Shown: positions 1 through 10,682 of the stretch, in pieces
How positions within the stretch are numbered: the stretch's first letter is position 1
Layout: every line of letters begins with the position of its first letter
Sequence record: LT603033.1
Length of the DNA stretch: 64,000 nucleotides
Reading direction: 5' to 3' (one strand)
Notes under the pieces: generated by a model
Told to the model about the DNA's origin: nothing
The model's input: only the letters and a program-made list of their open reading frames with translations
Database searches by the model: none
Translations under genes and position numbers: made by a program

Positions 1-3000
1 GATAACCAATGGTTCTTGTGCTATTTTCACCATGAACTACTGTATTTTTATCAAAATTAATACGCTTACGTGTATCACCATAAAGGAATTGTGAACCATC
101 AGTGAATACTTCTTTTAAGTTATCATTGCGGGTATCCCAGAAATAGTTAGCAAATTGTGCTGGTTTAGCTTTATACAAAAGCATCATTTGGTCATATGCA
201 AACAATGTAGTGTTCATGTATGTAAATTCCATGTCACCCATATCACCATATGTCCAAGGTTCTGCTCTATGATTTAAAGATCCAGACACTAAACCTAAAA
301 TTTCAGGTGCAATATATTCAACCACACAAATATCAATACCAGAAGATGTTTTATTTCCAGTTTTTGTAATTTTGAATGGCTGTACACCAAATCTTTTATA
401 TTTGTCATATTGACCACGACGATCACCAAATAAAATAGTTCCAGTACTGCTATCGCCAATAGTTCCGTCAATATCCCAAAGACCACTAGGAACTAAATCA
501 CCTTGCTCATTCATAACAAGTGCTTCATATACATATACAACATCACTATCACGTTCACCAACTTGAACAGCCGTTGGTTCGTATTCTTGGTTCCACCAAG
601 TTGGACGTTGTGTAAAGCCAAACATTTCCCACGGATGGGTAGCTGGGCGATATGTACCATATTGGTCAGTGTAAATGGCACGCCATGAACCACGTGCAGG
701 AATTTCAGTACTTTGACCATTAACTACATAATAAGTGCCAGTATAGTTCCAAGTTCTCCAATTGTTAGGATCATAATCATGTGTACTATTACTGATACCA
801 TTAGTTGCGGTGAAGTTAATGTATCCACGTAGTAATAATGTTTGTTTCTCTTCAGCACTATATTCAGTTTTAGTGAAATATGGTGTAGGGAAAAGGTCAT
901 CACTATTCAATACTGGTACGTAATCAACATCTTTGAATTTATTATCAATACTATTAAAAATTCTATTTTCTAATTCATATACAACATCATCCATTTTATC
1001 AACACCATTGATAACACGGTATGCTTTGGAAATAATACCAGTATGACTGATGTTATAACAGCTTGGTTTACTACCAGCAGTGAGGAATGTCGCTTTTTCT
1101 GGTACATATGCTTGAAGAATACCTAAGAACTGTGGTGTTGGTGGTATAAATGCACGAATGAATCCAGAAGTACTTCCAACATTATCATAATAGAATGGGA
1201 ATGAACTATCACGTCCCATATTAATAGTAGTTAAAATTGCATCAACAATGTTTGCAGCACTATTTTGTAAAAAGTCTGATGGATTTTCATCATACATACG
1301 AAGCATTTGTGTATTAAATTTATTAATGAATCTAAAATATTCAGATTGCATAAACATAGTTGCTTCAAACAAATCAATATCTTCATTTGCAGTATGTGCC
1401 ATCAATGGAAGCATAGATGCTTCATTTTGGATAATTTTAGTACCTACGCCATTATTAACCAATCCTTTAGCCAAACGTTCTTCATAGTCATTGAAATCAT
1501 CAGAAGAACCACGTGTAATGTTCTTTTGAATAATATCCTGAAAATGTAAAGTGTAGTCACCTTGGTTAATGTATATAATATTAGAATTATATGGGTTATT
1601 TTGTAGGTTGATTGGAACTTCATATGCACCTAATTCTTTATTAGGAGTTACAGTACTGCTATAAGTTCTAATTTGAATAACAGAATCTTCATCCAATTCT
1701 ACAGTACTATCTAGAGTGATGCTTTGTACTTGACCTTTTGAAACATTTTTGGTATATTTGGACACATCAACACCATCAACCACAACTTCAATAATATCAG
1801 AATCATTATCTAAAACTTTTTGTGCCAATTCGAATGTATGGTCATATTTTACAATCTGAACACCATCACCAGTAATTGGATGCCAATCTAGATAAGTTTC
1901 ACGGTCAGCTTTATAGTACTGATATGTTCTATCAACTTCAATAACATATGCATACATACCATCAACTGGTTCTTTAAAAACTTCCATATCATAAACAGTA
2001 CTGAATACACGATACATATCAGTACGTTGGACTTGTGGAGTTTGTTTTACAAATTGTTTAGAGTACTCTTCTGAACGAACCCAATCGGTTTGAAGATTCA
2101 TTTCATTATTTTCATCAATAATGTTATAATAGTATAAACCATCAATTTCAACTTCTTTTCCAAGATGGTCATAGGTATAACGTTGGGATTGTAAAAAGTT
2201 TTCATAAATGTAATAATTATAATCACCAAGTTCAATGTTATATCCATATACACTATCAGTTGCATAGTTGTAATTTATTTTAAAACCAAACAACTCTGAA
2301 CCTTTAAAGTTACTTGATGGATATGTAGTACTGTTGTCAAGTTTGATACCATTACGATCATAAAGTTGGAATTTAGGGAATACGTTAACACTAGTTTTTG
2401 ATTGTGCACGAACCCACAAAGATCCATTCCAGTACATAGAACTATTACCATACTCATTACCTTTAGTGATTAGAACAACATCACCATCTTGAGGTTCACC
2501 ACTTGGGCGTGATTCGGTTTCTTCTTCTGGATCTAGTGCTAAACCATAAACACGAGTACCATCTTGCATTTTTTTCACATATACATTATAAATTCTATTG
2601 TTTTCACCATTGTTACCAATACTGGTGAATAGAATACGCATTCCATCTTGCGGAATAATACCATCAATACGTATACCACTATTAATATCTTTTTGAACGA
2701 TATCTTCAGGTTTAATAATATCAGAGAACAGATCAACAGTTCCACGGAATTTTGTACCGTAGTTAATTAGCTCAATATTTTTATTATATTCAATAATTGG
2801 TGCACGTGCACGAATAAAACGTGAATCTTGCATTAATTCTTCAGTTAATATTGAGCCATCTTCTAATGTTTCACCTAAAGTATACCAAAAGTTTTGTAGT
2901 GACCATGTATTACCATTAAGTGCTCCACGTTCCATTACAATGTAATCAGGTGAAGTAATATTATAAGAGTTTTTAGTATCCCAAAGATATGAGCTAAAAT

Positions 3001-3427
3001 TGTTCATTTTATTTGGGTTAATAGCTGGAGTCCATGCATAAAACTTACCGTTGAACAAACGGCTTTCATTATCGGTTAGTGCTCCATAATGATTCATGTA
3101 TCCAACTAGATCATCATAAAATTGAATTGAACGAATTGTCGAATCATCATTTTTTGAGACGTAAGCAGTGGACAACTGATAAAGTTGACGTGCTACAGTA
3201 CTTTCATGTAAGAAGATATTACCAGCAGCGGCAGGAGAACCCATATCACCAATATAGCCGTCAACTAATTCGTTTTCAGCCGGATTAAACCATTGTTGAA
3301 TAACATCATCACTGACTTTTTGAATATCTTCTAAGCCTTGCATCCACTCAGGCAATCTTTTAATAAAAAGCTTCTTCTGTACTGCTTCAGCCATCTGTGT
3401 AGGTTGAAACTTAAAATTATTAGTCAT
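1..3427 (-). CDS. Large baseplate wedge protein (gp7-like), partial; runs off the left edge
   Basis: Not in the ORF track (no stop in window). ATG at 3427 preceded by GGAG; reads MTNNFKFQPTQMAEAVQKKLFIKRLPEWMQG; frame spot-checked open at both ends (NFDKNTVVHGENSTRTIGY at the edge). Follows gp6 in the baseplate cluster; gp7 identity is by synteny only. Confidence 0.5.
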   Translation of the reverse strand, partial: MTNNFKFQPTQMAEAVQKKLFIKRLPEWMQGLEDIQKVSDDVIQQWFNPAENELVDGYIGDMGSPAAAGNIFLHESTVARQLYQLSTAYVSKNDDSTIRSIQFYDDLVGYMNHYGALTDNESRLFNGKFYAWTPAINPNKMNNFSSYLWDTKNSYNITSPDYIVMERGALNGNTWSLQNFWYTLGETLEDGSILTEELMQDSRFIRARAPIIEYNKNIELINYGTKFRGTVDLFSDIIKPEDIVQKDINSGIRIDGIIPQDGMRILFTSIGNNGENNRIYNVYVKKMQDGTRVYGLALDPEEETESRPSGEPQDGDVVLITKGNEYGNSSMYWNGSLWVRAQSKTSVNVFPKFQLYDRNGIKLDNSTTYPSSNFKGSELFGFKINYNYATDSVYGYNIELGDYNYYIYENFLQSQRYTYDHLGKEVEIDGLYYYNIIDENNEMNLQTDWVRSEEYSKQFVKQTPQVQRTDMYRVFSTVYDMEVFKEPVDGMYAYVIEVDRTYQYYKADRETYLDWHPITGDGVQIVKYDHTFELAQKVLDNDSDIIEVVVDGVDVSKYTKNVSKGQVQSITLDSTVELDEDSVIQIRTYSSTVTPNKELGAYEVPINLQNNPYNSNIIYINQGDYTLHFQDIIQKNITRGSSDDFNDYEERLAKGLVNNGVGTKIIQNEASMLPLMAHTANEDIDLFEATMFMQSEYFRFINKFNTQMLRMYDENPSDFLQNSAANIVDAILTTINMGRDSSFPFYYDNVGSTSGFIRAFIPPTPQFLGILQAYVPEKATFLTAGSKPSCYNISHTGIISKAYRVINGVDKMDDVVYELENRIFNSIDNKFKDVDYVPVLNSDDLFPTPYFTKTEYSAEEKQTLLLRGYINFTATNGISNSTHDYDPNNWRTWNYTGTYYVVNGQSTEIPARGSWRAIYTDQYGTYRPATHPWEMFGFTQRPTWWNQEYEPTAVQVGERDSDVVYVYEALVMNEQGDLVPSGLWDIDGTIGDSSTGTILFGDRRGQYDKYKRFGVQPFKITKTGNKTSSGIDICVVEYIAPEILGLVSGSLNHRAEPWTYGDMGDMEFTYMNTTLFAYDQMMLLYKAKPAQFANYFWDTRNDNLKEVFTDGSQFLYGDTRKRINFDKNTVVHGENSTRTIGY

Positions 3428-3463
3428 TTTTGGACTCCATATAATTCGTTCATTCATTTGATT

Positions 3464-3471
3464 TATTTATG
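3464..3471 (-). promoter_or_regulatory. T4-type late promoter (CATAAATA)
   Basis: Matches the T4 late consensus TATAAATA, upstream of the wedge gene; a gp55-like sigma is encoded in the window. Confidence 0.6.
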
Positions 3472-3475
3472 ATAT

Positions 3476-3499
3476 AAAAAAGGCGTTCCGAAGAACGCC
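3476..3499 (-). terminator. Intrinsic terminator after gp6
   Basis: On minus: GGCGTTC-TTCG-GAACGCC followed by T6 (UUCG tetraloop). Confidence 0.8.
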
Positions 3500-3506
3500 C
3501 GTTATA

Positions 3507-6500
3507 TTAAGAACCGATATTAATATTACTTTTAGCTAGTGAGTTAACAATTTGAACATTTTCAACAGATGCAGTACTCAAAAATATTTGGTCTGAACGT
3601 GAAGGGATTTCAAATAGAGAGCCAAATTTTGAATTTGGATTTTGTGCAACTATAACAATGGTACTAATATGTCTACCTAACTGTGAGTGTATGTAAGTAC
3701 ACAAATCAGTATAATAGAAACTTTCACCGAAATCCCAGTTGTCAACATTGAAGTATTCATTAGTTAATGCTATAACATTTTGACGAATTTCATCGTCACT
3801 CATTGTGCTGTTTGGTAATTTCACTACTTTAAAATCAGCTTTGTAATCTTCAGCAGCACTGTTGCCAAATAAAGGTAAGTACTCAGCACTATGCCAAATA
3901 ATACTATCACTAATGACTATTTTTTGTTCAACATCTTTGAACATATCTTTCAATTCAACCGATGTAGGTGGTTTAGGAATACTACCAACAGCATTATTTT
4001 TCAACCAAACGTCAACTTCAGTTTTATATGAATTGGTTAATACATACATATCAATTAAGTTTGTTCTACTAGGATCAATGCGATTGTCGTCAGGTGCATA
4101 GTGTTTCCAATGGAAGTCTATACTAGTACGTGCATTAGTTTTAACAGTGTACTGTGAAGTAACATCTTTGTATCCATAATAATCTAGCTTCTGATTCTCG
4201 TCAGCATTAGTTCCCATGTTATTAATTGCACGATAAAAAGCCAATTCAGGACTAACAGTGCCAGTATCATCGGAATAAGTTAAATTACTAATTAGCTGTC
4301 CTAAACGATCATTGTTGTTACCAACTGTTTGTTCAATAAAATAATATTTACCATCATAGTTAAAACCAACTAAAAATCCAGAACCTTTACTATATAATCC
4401 ACTCAATGTGGTTGAACGAATTGCGTTATTTCTAACAAATTCAGTTCTTTTATATGCATTCGGCTCTGCCAAGGCTTGTTCCATTGTATAAGACCACGAT
4501 GAATCAAGAAGTGTGAAGGTATCATTTGGTAACGACAGTACTGATATAGTGAAATCACTATTTTCCTGAAATACCAAAATACCACCATATTTTAATGCAT
4601 CGGTTCCAGTCCAAGTAGGAACAATTTCTTTAAATTGGTTTGGTTCCAATGGTATACCATTACTATCTACTTTCCTAGATGTAACAATAACACGAGAACC
4701 ATCTAGATAGCCATTCTCTTGTTGAATTGTGTCATAAATTTGAAAATCTATATTACTTGTCAATCCTGAATTACTACTACTAGTAGTGTTAGATGATAAA
4801 ATTTCAATCTTATCACTTTGAACTGTACCAGTACTAATATCAGTAATTTTTTTAGATGATACAAAGTAAAATCTTACTTTTTCTCCACCCACAAAAATAT
4901 ATTCAATACCGTTAGCATCAAATTCCCAAGTTTCTGCTGTATATTTTACATTAATTATAATTAAAACTTCATTACCATTATATACAATAGTATCATCATT
5001 GGTACTTACTTCAATAGGAACCCATGATGTCGTTTCTTTGTCATGTACAATAACAAAATCAGTTTTTTTATCTAGCATAGCAGAAATTGCTTGAACTTCA
5101 ACCGAGTTAAATCTAGTTCTATATGGTAAAATGTACTCTATGGCTTGCATTCCACTTGGAACCGATGTACTCAGTACATAAAATCCATTATCCAATACAC
5201 TAACTACACTAGCCCATATAGTAGTTCCAGAATTAGAAAATTTAATTAGAGTACCAACCTGATATGAACCATAAACTGTACCAGATGAACCCAAAATTCT
5301 ACCATATGTGTTAGTTGTATAATTTGAATTGTATACCGGAGTCCATGCTTGTTGTATTTCAATACCAATTGTATTTGATGGAAACGCTTGGTAACGTTGT
5401 ATTACCGCATTTTCACCAATCAATGGTTGAATATTGTCAATAACAATACTAGCATTTGTTTTTGTAGTTGGTAGCAATAATGATCTATTAAATTGTGTGT
5501 TTTCTTGATATAATGCACCATCATCACTAAAAACATCGGTATTTTGATACTTACCAGTAGGATCATTAATATCAATAAATCTTGATTGTCCACTATAAAT
5601 TCTATTAATAGCTTTAGATTTAAGTACAGTATTGCCTAAACTAAGTGGTGCAATATTATAATCTTCACCATTGACAAAACGGTTTTGTGTATAGTACATT
5701 TGTGGTGCACGTGCTTTAATCTGCTCAATAGTCTCTGCACTTTGTGCACGGTCGGACTCATATTGTAATGAAAAACGTATATCCAATGTACTAGATTCAT
5801 AACTTGACTGTGTTTTTGTACGATATGTATATTTTACGCTTTTGTTTTGAATTTCAGAAGTTTTAATGTTATATGTTTTACCATTACTAACACGATACCA
5901 TACGCGGAACGTCCCACGGGGAACAACACCACTTCTTGAGTCTGGATACTTAATTGTTATTTGATCTTTATCACGAGTAGTAACAGCAAAAATTGTTTTT
6001 AATTGACGATTAACAGTGTTATATGCAATACTTTCCATTGATGGAACTTTTGTCCATTTGGTACGAACAATACCATCTTCATTTATTTCTTGAACCCATA
6101 CATCAGTTTCGTTGATATTATCAACGTTAATATCTTGTATACGGTTCTCTTCACGGATAGCATATTGATAATCTTGATATGTCAATGTACCTTGTACGAA
6201 ATATACAAAAAAACCAGTATTTGGTGAACTAAATCCATTACCATCATTTTGATAAACAATATATTTTTGCTCTTGTGGTTCTGGATGTCGTTCTTCAACA
6301 CCAACAGACGTAATATCAGGATTCACTACTTCAAATGTCATAGATTCACCATTGACAGTTGCAATAAATGGAATACTGGGTGCTGTCATTGGGATGGTGT
6401 TCATTCGATATAGTTGACGAGAGACACCATTAACATCAATACGCTTGACTGGATTACCAAATTGGTTAGTACTGACAAATGAACTGTTCATTACTAGAAT

Positions 6501-6968
6501 GAAGTTTTCATACCAGTTAGCATCCATCGGGTCATTCCAACGAATGATTTTATCTTTTAATGATTCATTAAAACTATTACGAACATCTTGGTTTGTTTTA
6601 ATTTCGGTTAATTTAGCAACTGCACGACCTGGATATGAGCGGCGTGGTGAGTAAGAAATCATTTTAGCTAGTTTTAGTACTGATGCACGACGAGTTGCAG
6701 TATCTAAAAAGTTTTCACGTGTGTTCAAATCCATACGAAATGCCAAGTTCTGCCCTAGCATAGAAATCGTATCTAAAATAAAAATAAACTGGTCGTTTTC
6801 GATCCAGTCGTTGAATGAGTCTGGGTAAGTTGCACGTAGATAATCAATCATACTCTGACGGATAGTATCGAAGTCATAAGCTGTAAGATTGATTTTATAA
6901 AAACTTTCATATACTTGAGTCCAATCCTCACCAGCGTATAAATTTGATTGCCTTTTTTGTTGTGACAT
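3507..6968 (-). CDS. gp6: Baseplate wedge subunit (T4 gp6-like)
   Basis: N-terminal DFDTIRQSMIDYL...FNDW...NFLDTATRRASVLKLAKMISYSP and ETIEQIKARAPQMYYTQNRFVNGEDY are gp6/baseplate-J family signatures; 1153 aa; next to gp25. Confidence 0.85.
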   Translation of the reverse strand: MSQQKRQSNLYAGEDWTQVYESFYKINLTAYDFDTIRQSMIDYLRATYPDSFNDWIENDQFIFILDTISMLGQNLAFRMDLNTRENFLDTATRRASVLKLAKMISYSPRRSYPGRAVAKLTEIKTNQDVRNSFNESLKDKIIRWNDPMDANWYENFILVMNSSFVSTNQFGNPVKRIDVNGVSRQLYRMNTIPMTAPSIPFIATVNGESMTFEVVNPDITSVGVEERHPEPQEQKYIVYQNDGNGFSSPNTGFFVYFVQGTLTYQDYQYAIREENRIQDINVDNINETDVWVQEINEDGIVRTKWTKVPSMESIAYNTVNRQLKTIFAVTTRDKDQITIKYPDSRSGVVPRGTFRVWYRVSNGKTYNIKTSEIQNKSVKYTYRTKTQSSYESSTLDIRFSLQYESDRAQSAETIEQIKARAPQMYYTQNRFVNGEDYNIAPLSLGNTVLKSKAINRIYSGQSRFIDINDPTGKYQNTDVFSDDGALYQENTQFNRSLLLPTTKTNASIVIDNIQPLIGENAVIQRYQAFPSNTIGIEIQQAWTPVYNSNYTTNTYGRILGSSGTVYGSYQVGTLIKFSNSGTTIWASVVSVLDNGFYVLSTSVPSGMQAIEYILPYRTRFNSVEVQAISAMLDKKTDFVIVHDKETTSWVPIEVSTNDDTIVYNGNEVLIIINVKYTAETWEFDANGIEYIFVGGEKVRFYFVSSKKITDISTGTVQSDKIEILSSNTTSSSNSGLTSNIDFQIYDTIQQENGYLDGSRVIVTSRKVDSNGIPLEPNQFKEIVPTWTGTDALKYGGILVFQENSDFTISVLSLPNDTFTLLDSSWSYTMEQALAEPNAYKRTEFVRNNAIRSTTLSGLYSKGSGFLVGFNYDGKYYFIEQTVGNNNDRLGQLISNLTYSDDTGTVSPELAFYRAINNMGTNADENQKLDYYGYKDVTSQYTVKTNARTSIDFHWKHYAPDDNRIDPSRTNLIDMYVLTNSYKTEVDVWLKNNAVGSIPKPPTSVELKDMFKDVEQKIVISDSIIWHSAEYLPLFGNSAAEDYKADFKVVKLPNSTMSDDEIRQNVIALTNEYFNVDNWDFGESFYYTDLCTYIHSQLGRHISTIVIVAQNPNSKFGSLFEIPSRSDQIFLSTASVENVQIVNSLAKSNINIGS

Positions 6969-7035
6969 AATTTATTCCTTTAAATCAGTAAAGTACTAGT
7001 TCAGTACTGGGAATTATATATAGAAATATTTATTC

Positions 7036-7065
7036 AAAAAGAAAAGCACTCCGAAGAGTGCTTTT
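7036..7065 (-). terminator. Intrinsic terminator after gp25
   Basis: On minus: AAAAGCACTC-TTCG-GAGTGCTTTT followed by a T-rich run. Confidence 0.75.
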
Positions 7066-7069
7066 GTAA

Positions 7070-7465
7070 TTATAAAGACGATACTGAATATGTTGCCATT
7101 CTGTTATTACTTCTTGCATCGAATACAATAGTAAGTTCTTCTAATGTATCCAATACTACGTACTGTAATACAATATTCATTTGGTATCCATATTCTATTC
7201 TTGAAATTTGCAATTTCTTAAGATTTAAGCGTGGATCTAAGCTAATTATTCTACGGGCATCTGCTTCCAAAAGGTTGATAGTATTATAACCTTCCAATTC
7301 AAACAGCAAATCCCATGCAATAAAACCATAGTCAGCATCAAATGCTCTTTCGCCTTTTTTTGTATTGAAATGATTCATTAAATCTTGGCGAACCAATTCA
7401 CTATCATACAATGTTTCAGTTCTACCCACTACTGGGGTAGAAAAACCTTTAAAAACAACTGCCAT
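7070..7465 (-). CDS. gp25: Baseplate wedge subunit gp25 (GPW/gp25 family)
   Basis: LMNHFNTKKGERAFDADYG...LLFE and IISLDPRL motifs; 131 aa; between spike and gp6. Confidence 0.85.
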   Translation of the reverse strand: MAVVFKGFSTPVVGRTETLYDSELVRQDLMNHFNTKKGERAFDADYGFIAWDLLFELEGYNTINLLEADARRIISLDPRLNLKKLQISRIEYGYQMNIVLQYVVLDTLEELTIVFDARSNNRMATYSVSSL

Positions 7466-7480
7466 TGACTATTTCCTTTA

Positions 7481-7969
7481 TTATACGGATTCAACAATAC
7501 GTGCCATCTTTTCCGCTCTTGAAGTGGTTTGTTTATACCATGTACTATCACGCAATTCCTTACCAGCAGTTTTATAATCAGCCTTACCTAATGCGGTCAT
7601 TGCTTTTTTAAATTTTAAAACTTTGGTTTTGCCCATCTGGAATACCATCAACCATAATACACGTTGAACCTGTATAGGTGCGGTCATACCAAATTGTTCA
7701 TAAATTGATTTTGCATCATTGTACGCAGTTTGAGCATCTTTAAGAAGAAGTTGGTCAGCTTGTGCTTCTGTTAAACCATTCTTGAAATTTTCACCAGGTA
7801 AAACTAGGTGACCATAGCCAATTGTATCAAGACCTAAGCTGTCTTTATATACCCAAAACTTATCATTTTTAAAATAACCAAGTTTTTTCTGATAAGCAAT
7901 AGTTCCTTCAAATTCTTTAATTTCCTTAAAAAATTGCTCATCTGTATTTTTAATTTCCCATTTACTCAT
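7481..7969 (-). CDS. Phage lysozyme (GH24, T4 lysozyme-like)
   Basis: EG...YKDSLGLDTIGYGHL with the E/D/T triad; MVFQMG and STWYKQTTSRAEKM motifs. Confidence 0.9.
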   Translation of the reverse strand: MSKWEIKNTDEQFFKEIKEFEGTIAYQKKLGYFKNDKFWVYKDSLGLDTIGYGHLVLPGENFKNGLTEAQADQLLLKDAQTAYNDAKSIYEQFGMTAPIQVQRVLWLMVFQMGKTKVLKFKKAMTALGKADYKTAGKELRDSTWYKQTTSRAEKMARIVESV

Positions 7970-7985
7970 AAAGATATCCTCGTTT

Positions 7986-7993
7986 TATTTATA
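7986..7993 (-). promoter_or_regulatory. T4-type late promoter (TATAAATA) for the standalone lysozyme
   Basis: Exact consensus just upstream of the start at 7969. Confidence 0.7.
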
Positions 7994-8005
7994 GTACTAA
8001 AATAT

Positions 8006-10669
8006 TTATTGACATGCCTCTAAACGACGAGCCATTAACTCAGCACGGCGAGTAGTTTGGCGATACCAAGCTGAATTACGTATTTGAGCAGCAGCTTGTT
8101 TATAATTACCTTTAGCTAATTCAGACAACATAGTTTTAAATTTAAGTACCCCACCTTTACCCATCTGGAATACCATTTGGCATAGTACTTGTTGAGCCAA
8201 ATAAGGTGTTTTCATGTTATATGAAGCATAAATTGATTTAGCATCATATATAGCTTTACTACTATCACGAACTAACATATCGTTGGCTTGCTGTTCAGTT
8301 ATTCCATCTGAAAAGTTTTCACCACTAATAATCAAGTGACCATAACCAATAGTTGGATACCCACGACTATCCAAATAACGCCAGAATTTACCATTACGAT
8401 AATATCCTTTTGCTTGTTGGTATTGTAATGTACCTTCATATTCTTTTAATTCAGAAATAAATTGTGCATCACCTGGAACAACTTTCCAATCGATTGCAGT
8501 TTTATCAACATTTCCAATATTATAGGTAGGTTGCTCCACCGGAGTTGTTGAAGCTCCACTTCTCTGTGTTCTTCTCCTACGAGGCACATGACGAGAACCA
8601 CGTTGAGAATATCCAGTACCTATCGTTTTGATTTTTGTTGTAACTACCAATTCATCACTATCAACTGAAGGTTGTACAACTGCTTTTGGAGCAGATTGAT
8701 TAGTTGCTTGACCACCAATTAATGTTTTATTCGCCGCATCAGACCCTGTTCCTGTTTGTGAAGCATAAAATAATCCTGGGTCAACAGAACCACTGAATCC
8801 AAGAACATTTGCTGATGTAACACGAATTTCAAACTGTATGACACCATTTGCTTTTCCAACAACTTGACCTTTTTGAACAACATCTTTGTTTAATAAATCA
8901 GATTGAATATTATAAAAAATAGATTTATATCCAGACTTATGTTGTATTAAAAGAGCACCATTAGTAATTACTACCACACCACCATCTGGTGCAACTACAT
9001 CACCTTTACATTGTATTTCCCAACCTGAACGGTCTGCCTTTCCTCCACTTTGTGTTGGAACACCTTTCCCCCAGTAACCATATTGTCGAATAGTACCGCT
9101 ACATGGCATTAACATATGTAAACCTTCATATGTAATACTATATCCAGTCATCCCAGGATCAGATGTCATCAAATCTTGTGATTGAACTTGTTCAGTTTCT
9201 GATGTATAGTTAACAAACTGAACAGCTTCAGTGTCTTGTGCTACGGGTAATTCTGGTGATACATCATTTGCTGGTTGTGGTTGTACTGGTGATTCACTAG
9301 AACCACTTCCACCACCTTGTCTTGGTGGTTCAACATAACTACCATGATTTTCAGCGTTAACCCATGCAGCGATATCATGAATGTGTTCATTAAGACCAGC
9401 AGATGGTGTTCTAAAGTTTGGTGCAGTAAATTCAGCAGTACCGCTATTACCACCACTATTAACTGTTAATGTTTGACCACCACCACTAATAATTGCTGAT
9501 GATGATCCAATTAGGTTTGCAGATGTTGCGGCAGAAATAGAAGCATTTGAACCAGCCGTAATATCAGTACTGCTACCACTTTGCATACGTAATGATGCAG
9601 CCGTAACTAAACGAAGGTCTGCCCCAGAATTAACAACAACTTGTCCACCAACTTTTGCATCAAGAGCACCAATTAGATCTAATTTAGTATTTGCACCAAC
9701 TCGTGCATTGAAATCTTGTCCGGTTTCAATATTATATGAACGTCCAGCAGTAATATTAATATCTTGACCAGCACGAATATTAATATTCTTATCACAGTGC
9801 ATGTCAATATCACCTTCACCAGTGAATTTTATACGTGCAGTGCCATCACGGTTAATTAAAAGAACATCACCAGTAGCTTCTGATAAAAGAAGTTGTGCAC
9901 CACTACGTGTTTTTATTACGACACCTTCATTTTTACGAGAACCAACACGTGTATCGTTTACTGGGTTATTAAATTGTGTATCTTGATATCCATCTGGGTC
10001 TTGATCCCACGTTGGTGCTGTTAATTCCTCTTCAGTATATCCATCATCAATAATAAAACTATTACCACGTGGCGAAGACATACCATATACAGTACTGGTG
10101 GTTTGTCGAGTACTACTACGATTCGCCAACCCAGCTTCTTCGTCATATAAAAGGTTTTGCTTTTTAAGACCTGCGATAATTGGAACGTTAGCATATTTGT
10201 CTTGCATATCGGTAGTGATAGTGTTACGATCATAGTCAGTAACAGGAAGTGGCATATCAGTTCCACCATAATTACTTACTTCAGTTGCCATACCTGGAAC
10301 CATAGTATTCATACGCTGGTCATATACACAACCAATCCAATATGCTTGGAATGTACGGGCTTGTGCAAAAATTACAACAACTGTACACCCTACGTCTGGT
10401 GGTACTGCCCAAAAACCGTATCCTTTTGGATATTGACCATATGCATCAGCACTTGGAATACCTGGTGTTTTACCAGCAAAAGGAGACATGTAAGATGCTT
10501 CTATCCATGATTCTTTTGAGTTTTTATCACTTTGAGAACCTTGTATCCAAACTTTCAGTTTTCCTGATTTAGTTGGATCTCTGTTATCCATAACAGTTGC
10601 TAACTGCGGATAAGATGGGTCAAAACGACCCAACTGCTGTTGTGCATACTTTTTACTTGTATCTGCCAT
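8006..10669 (-). CDS. gp5: Baseplate central spike (gp5-like): OB-fold, beta-helix, HxH apex, degenerate M23-like domain, C-terminal lysozyme
   Basis: DNRDPTKSGKLKVWI and YGFWAVPPDVGCTVVVIF (gp5 OB-fold); repetitive NINIRAGQDINITAG beta-helix; NEHIHD; C-terminal EG...YLDSRGYPTIGYGHL lysozyme. Confidence 0.85.
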   Translation of the reverse strand: MADTSKKYAQQQLGRFDPSYPQLATVMDNRDPTKSGKLKVWIQGSQSDKNSKESWIEASYMSPFAGKTPGIPSADAYGQYPKGYGFWAVPPDVGCTVVVIFAQARTFQAYWIGCVYDQRMNTMVPGMATEVSNYGGTDMPLPVTDYDRNTITTDMQDKYANVPIIAGLKKQNLLYDEEAGLANRSSTRQTTSTVYGMSSPRGNSFIIDDGYTEEELTAPTWDQDPDGYQDTQFNNPVNDTRVGSRKNEGVVIKTRSGAQLLLSEATGDVLLINRDGTARIKFTGEGDIDMHCDKNINIRAGQDINITAGRSYNIETGQDFNARVGANTKLDLIGALDAKVGGQVVVNSGADLRLVTAASLRMQSGSSTDITAGSNASISAATSANLIGSSSAIISGGGQTLTVNSGGNSGTAEFTAPNFRTPSAGLNEHIHDIAAWVNAENHGSYVEPPRQGGGSGSSESPVQPQPANDVSPELPVAQDTEAVQFVNYTSETEQVQSQDLMTSDPGMTGYSITYEGLHMLMPCSGTIRQYGYWGKGVPTQSGGKADRSGWEIQCKGDVVAPDGGVVVITNGALLIQHKSGYKSIFYNIQSDLLNKDVVQKGQVVGKANGVIQFEIRVTSANVLGFSGSVDPGLFYASQTGTGSDAANKTLIGGQATNQSAPKAVVQPSVDSDELVVTTKIKTIGTGYSQRGSRHVPRRRRTQRSGASTTPVEQPTYNIGNVDKTAIDWKVVPGDAQFISELKEYEGTLQYQQAKGYYRNGKFWRYLDSRGYPTIGYGHLIISGENFSDGITEQQANDMLVRDSSKAIYDAKSIYASYNMKTPYLAQQVLCQMVFQMGKGGVLKFKTMLSELAKGNYKQAAAQIRNSAWYRQTTRRAELMARRLEACQ

Positions 10670-10682
10670 AATATTTTATTCC

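Noticed and set aside
295-3288. Short track ORFs (295-486, 503-688, 511-720, 1248-1487, 1307-1549, 1444-1629, 2275-2457, 3079-3288)
   Set aside because: All are shadows within the long minus-strand gene 1-3427, which the track omitted because it lacks an in-window stop.
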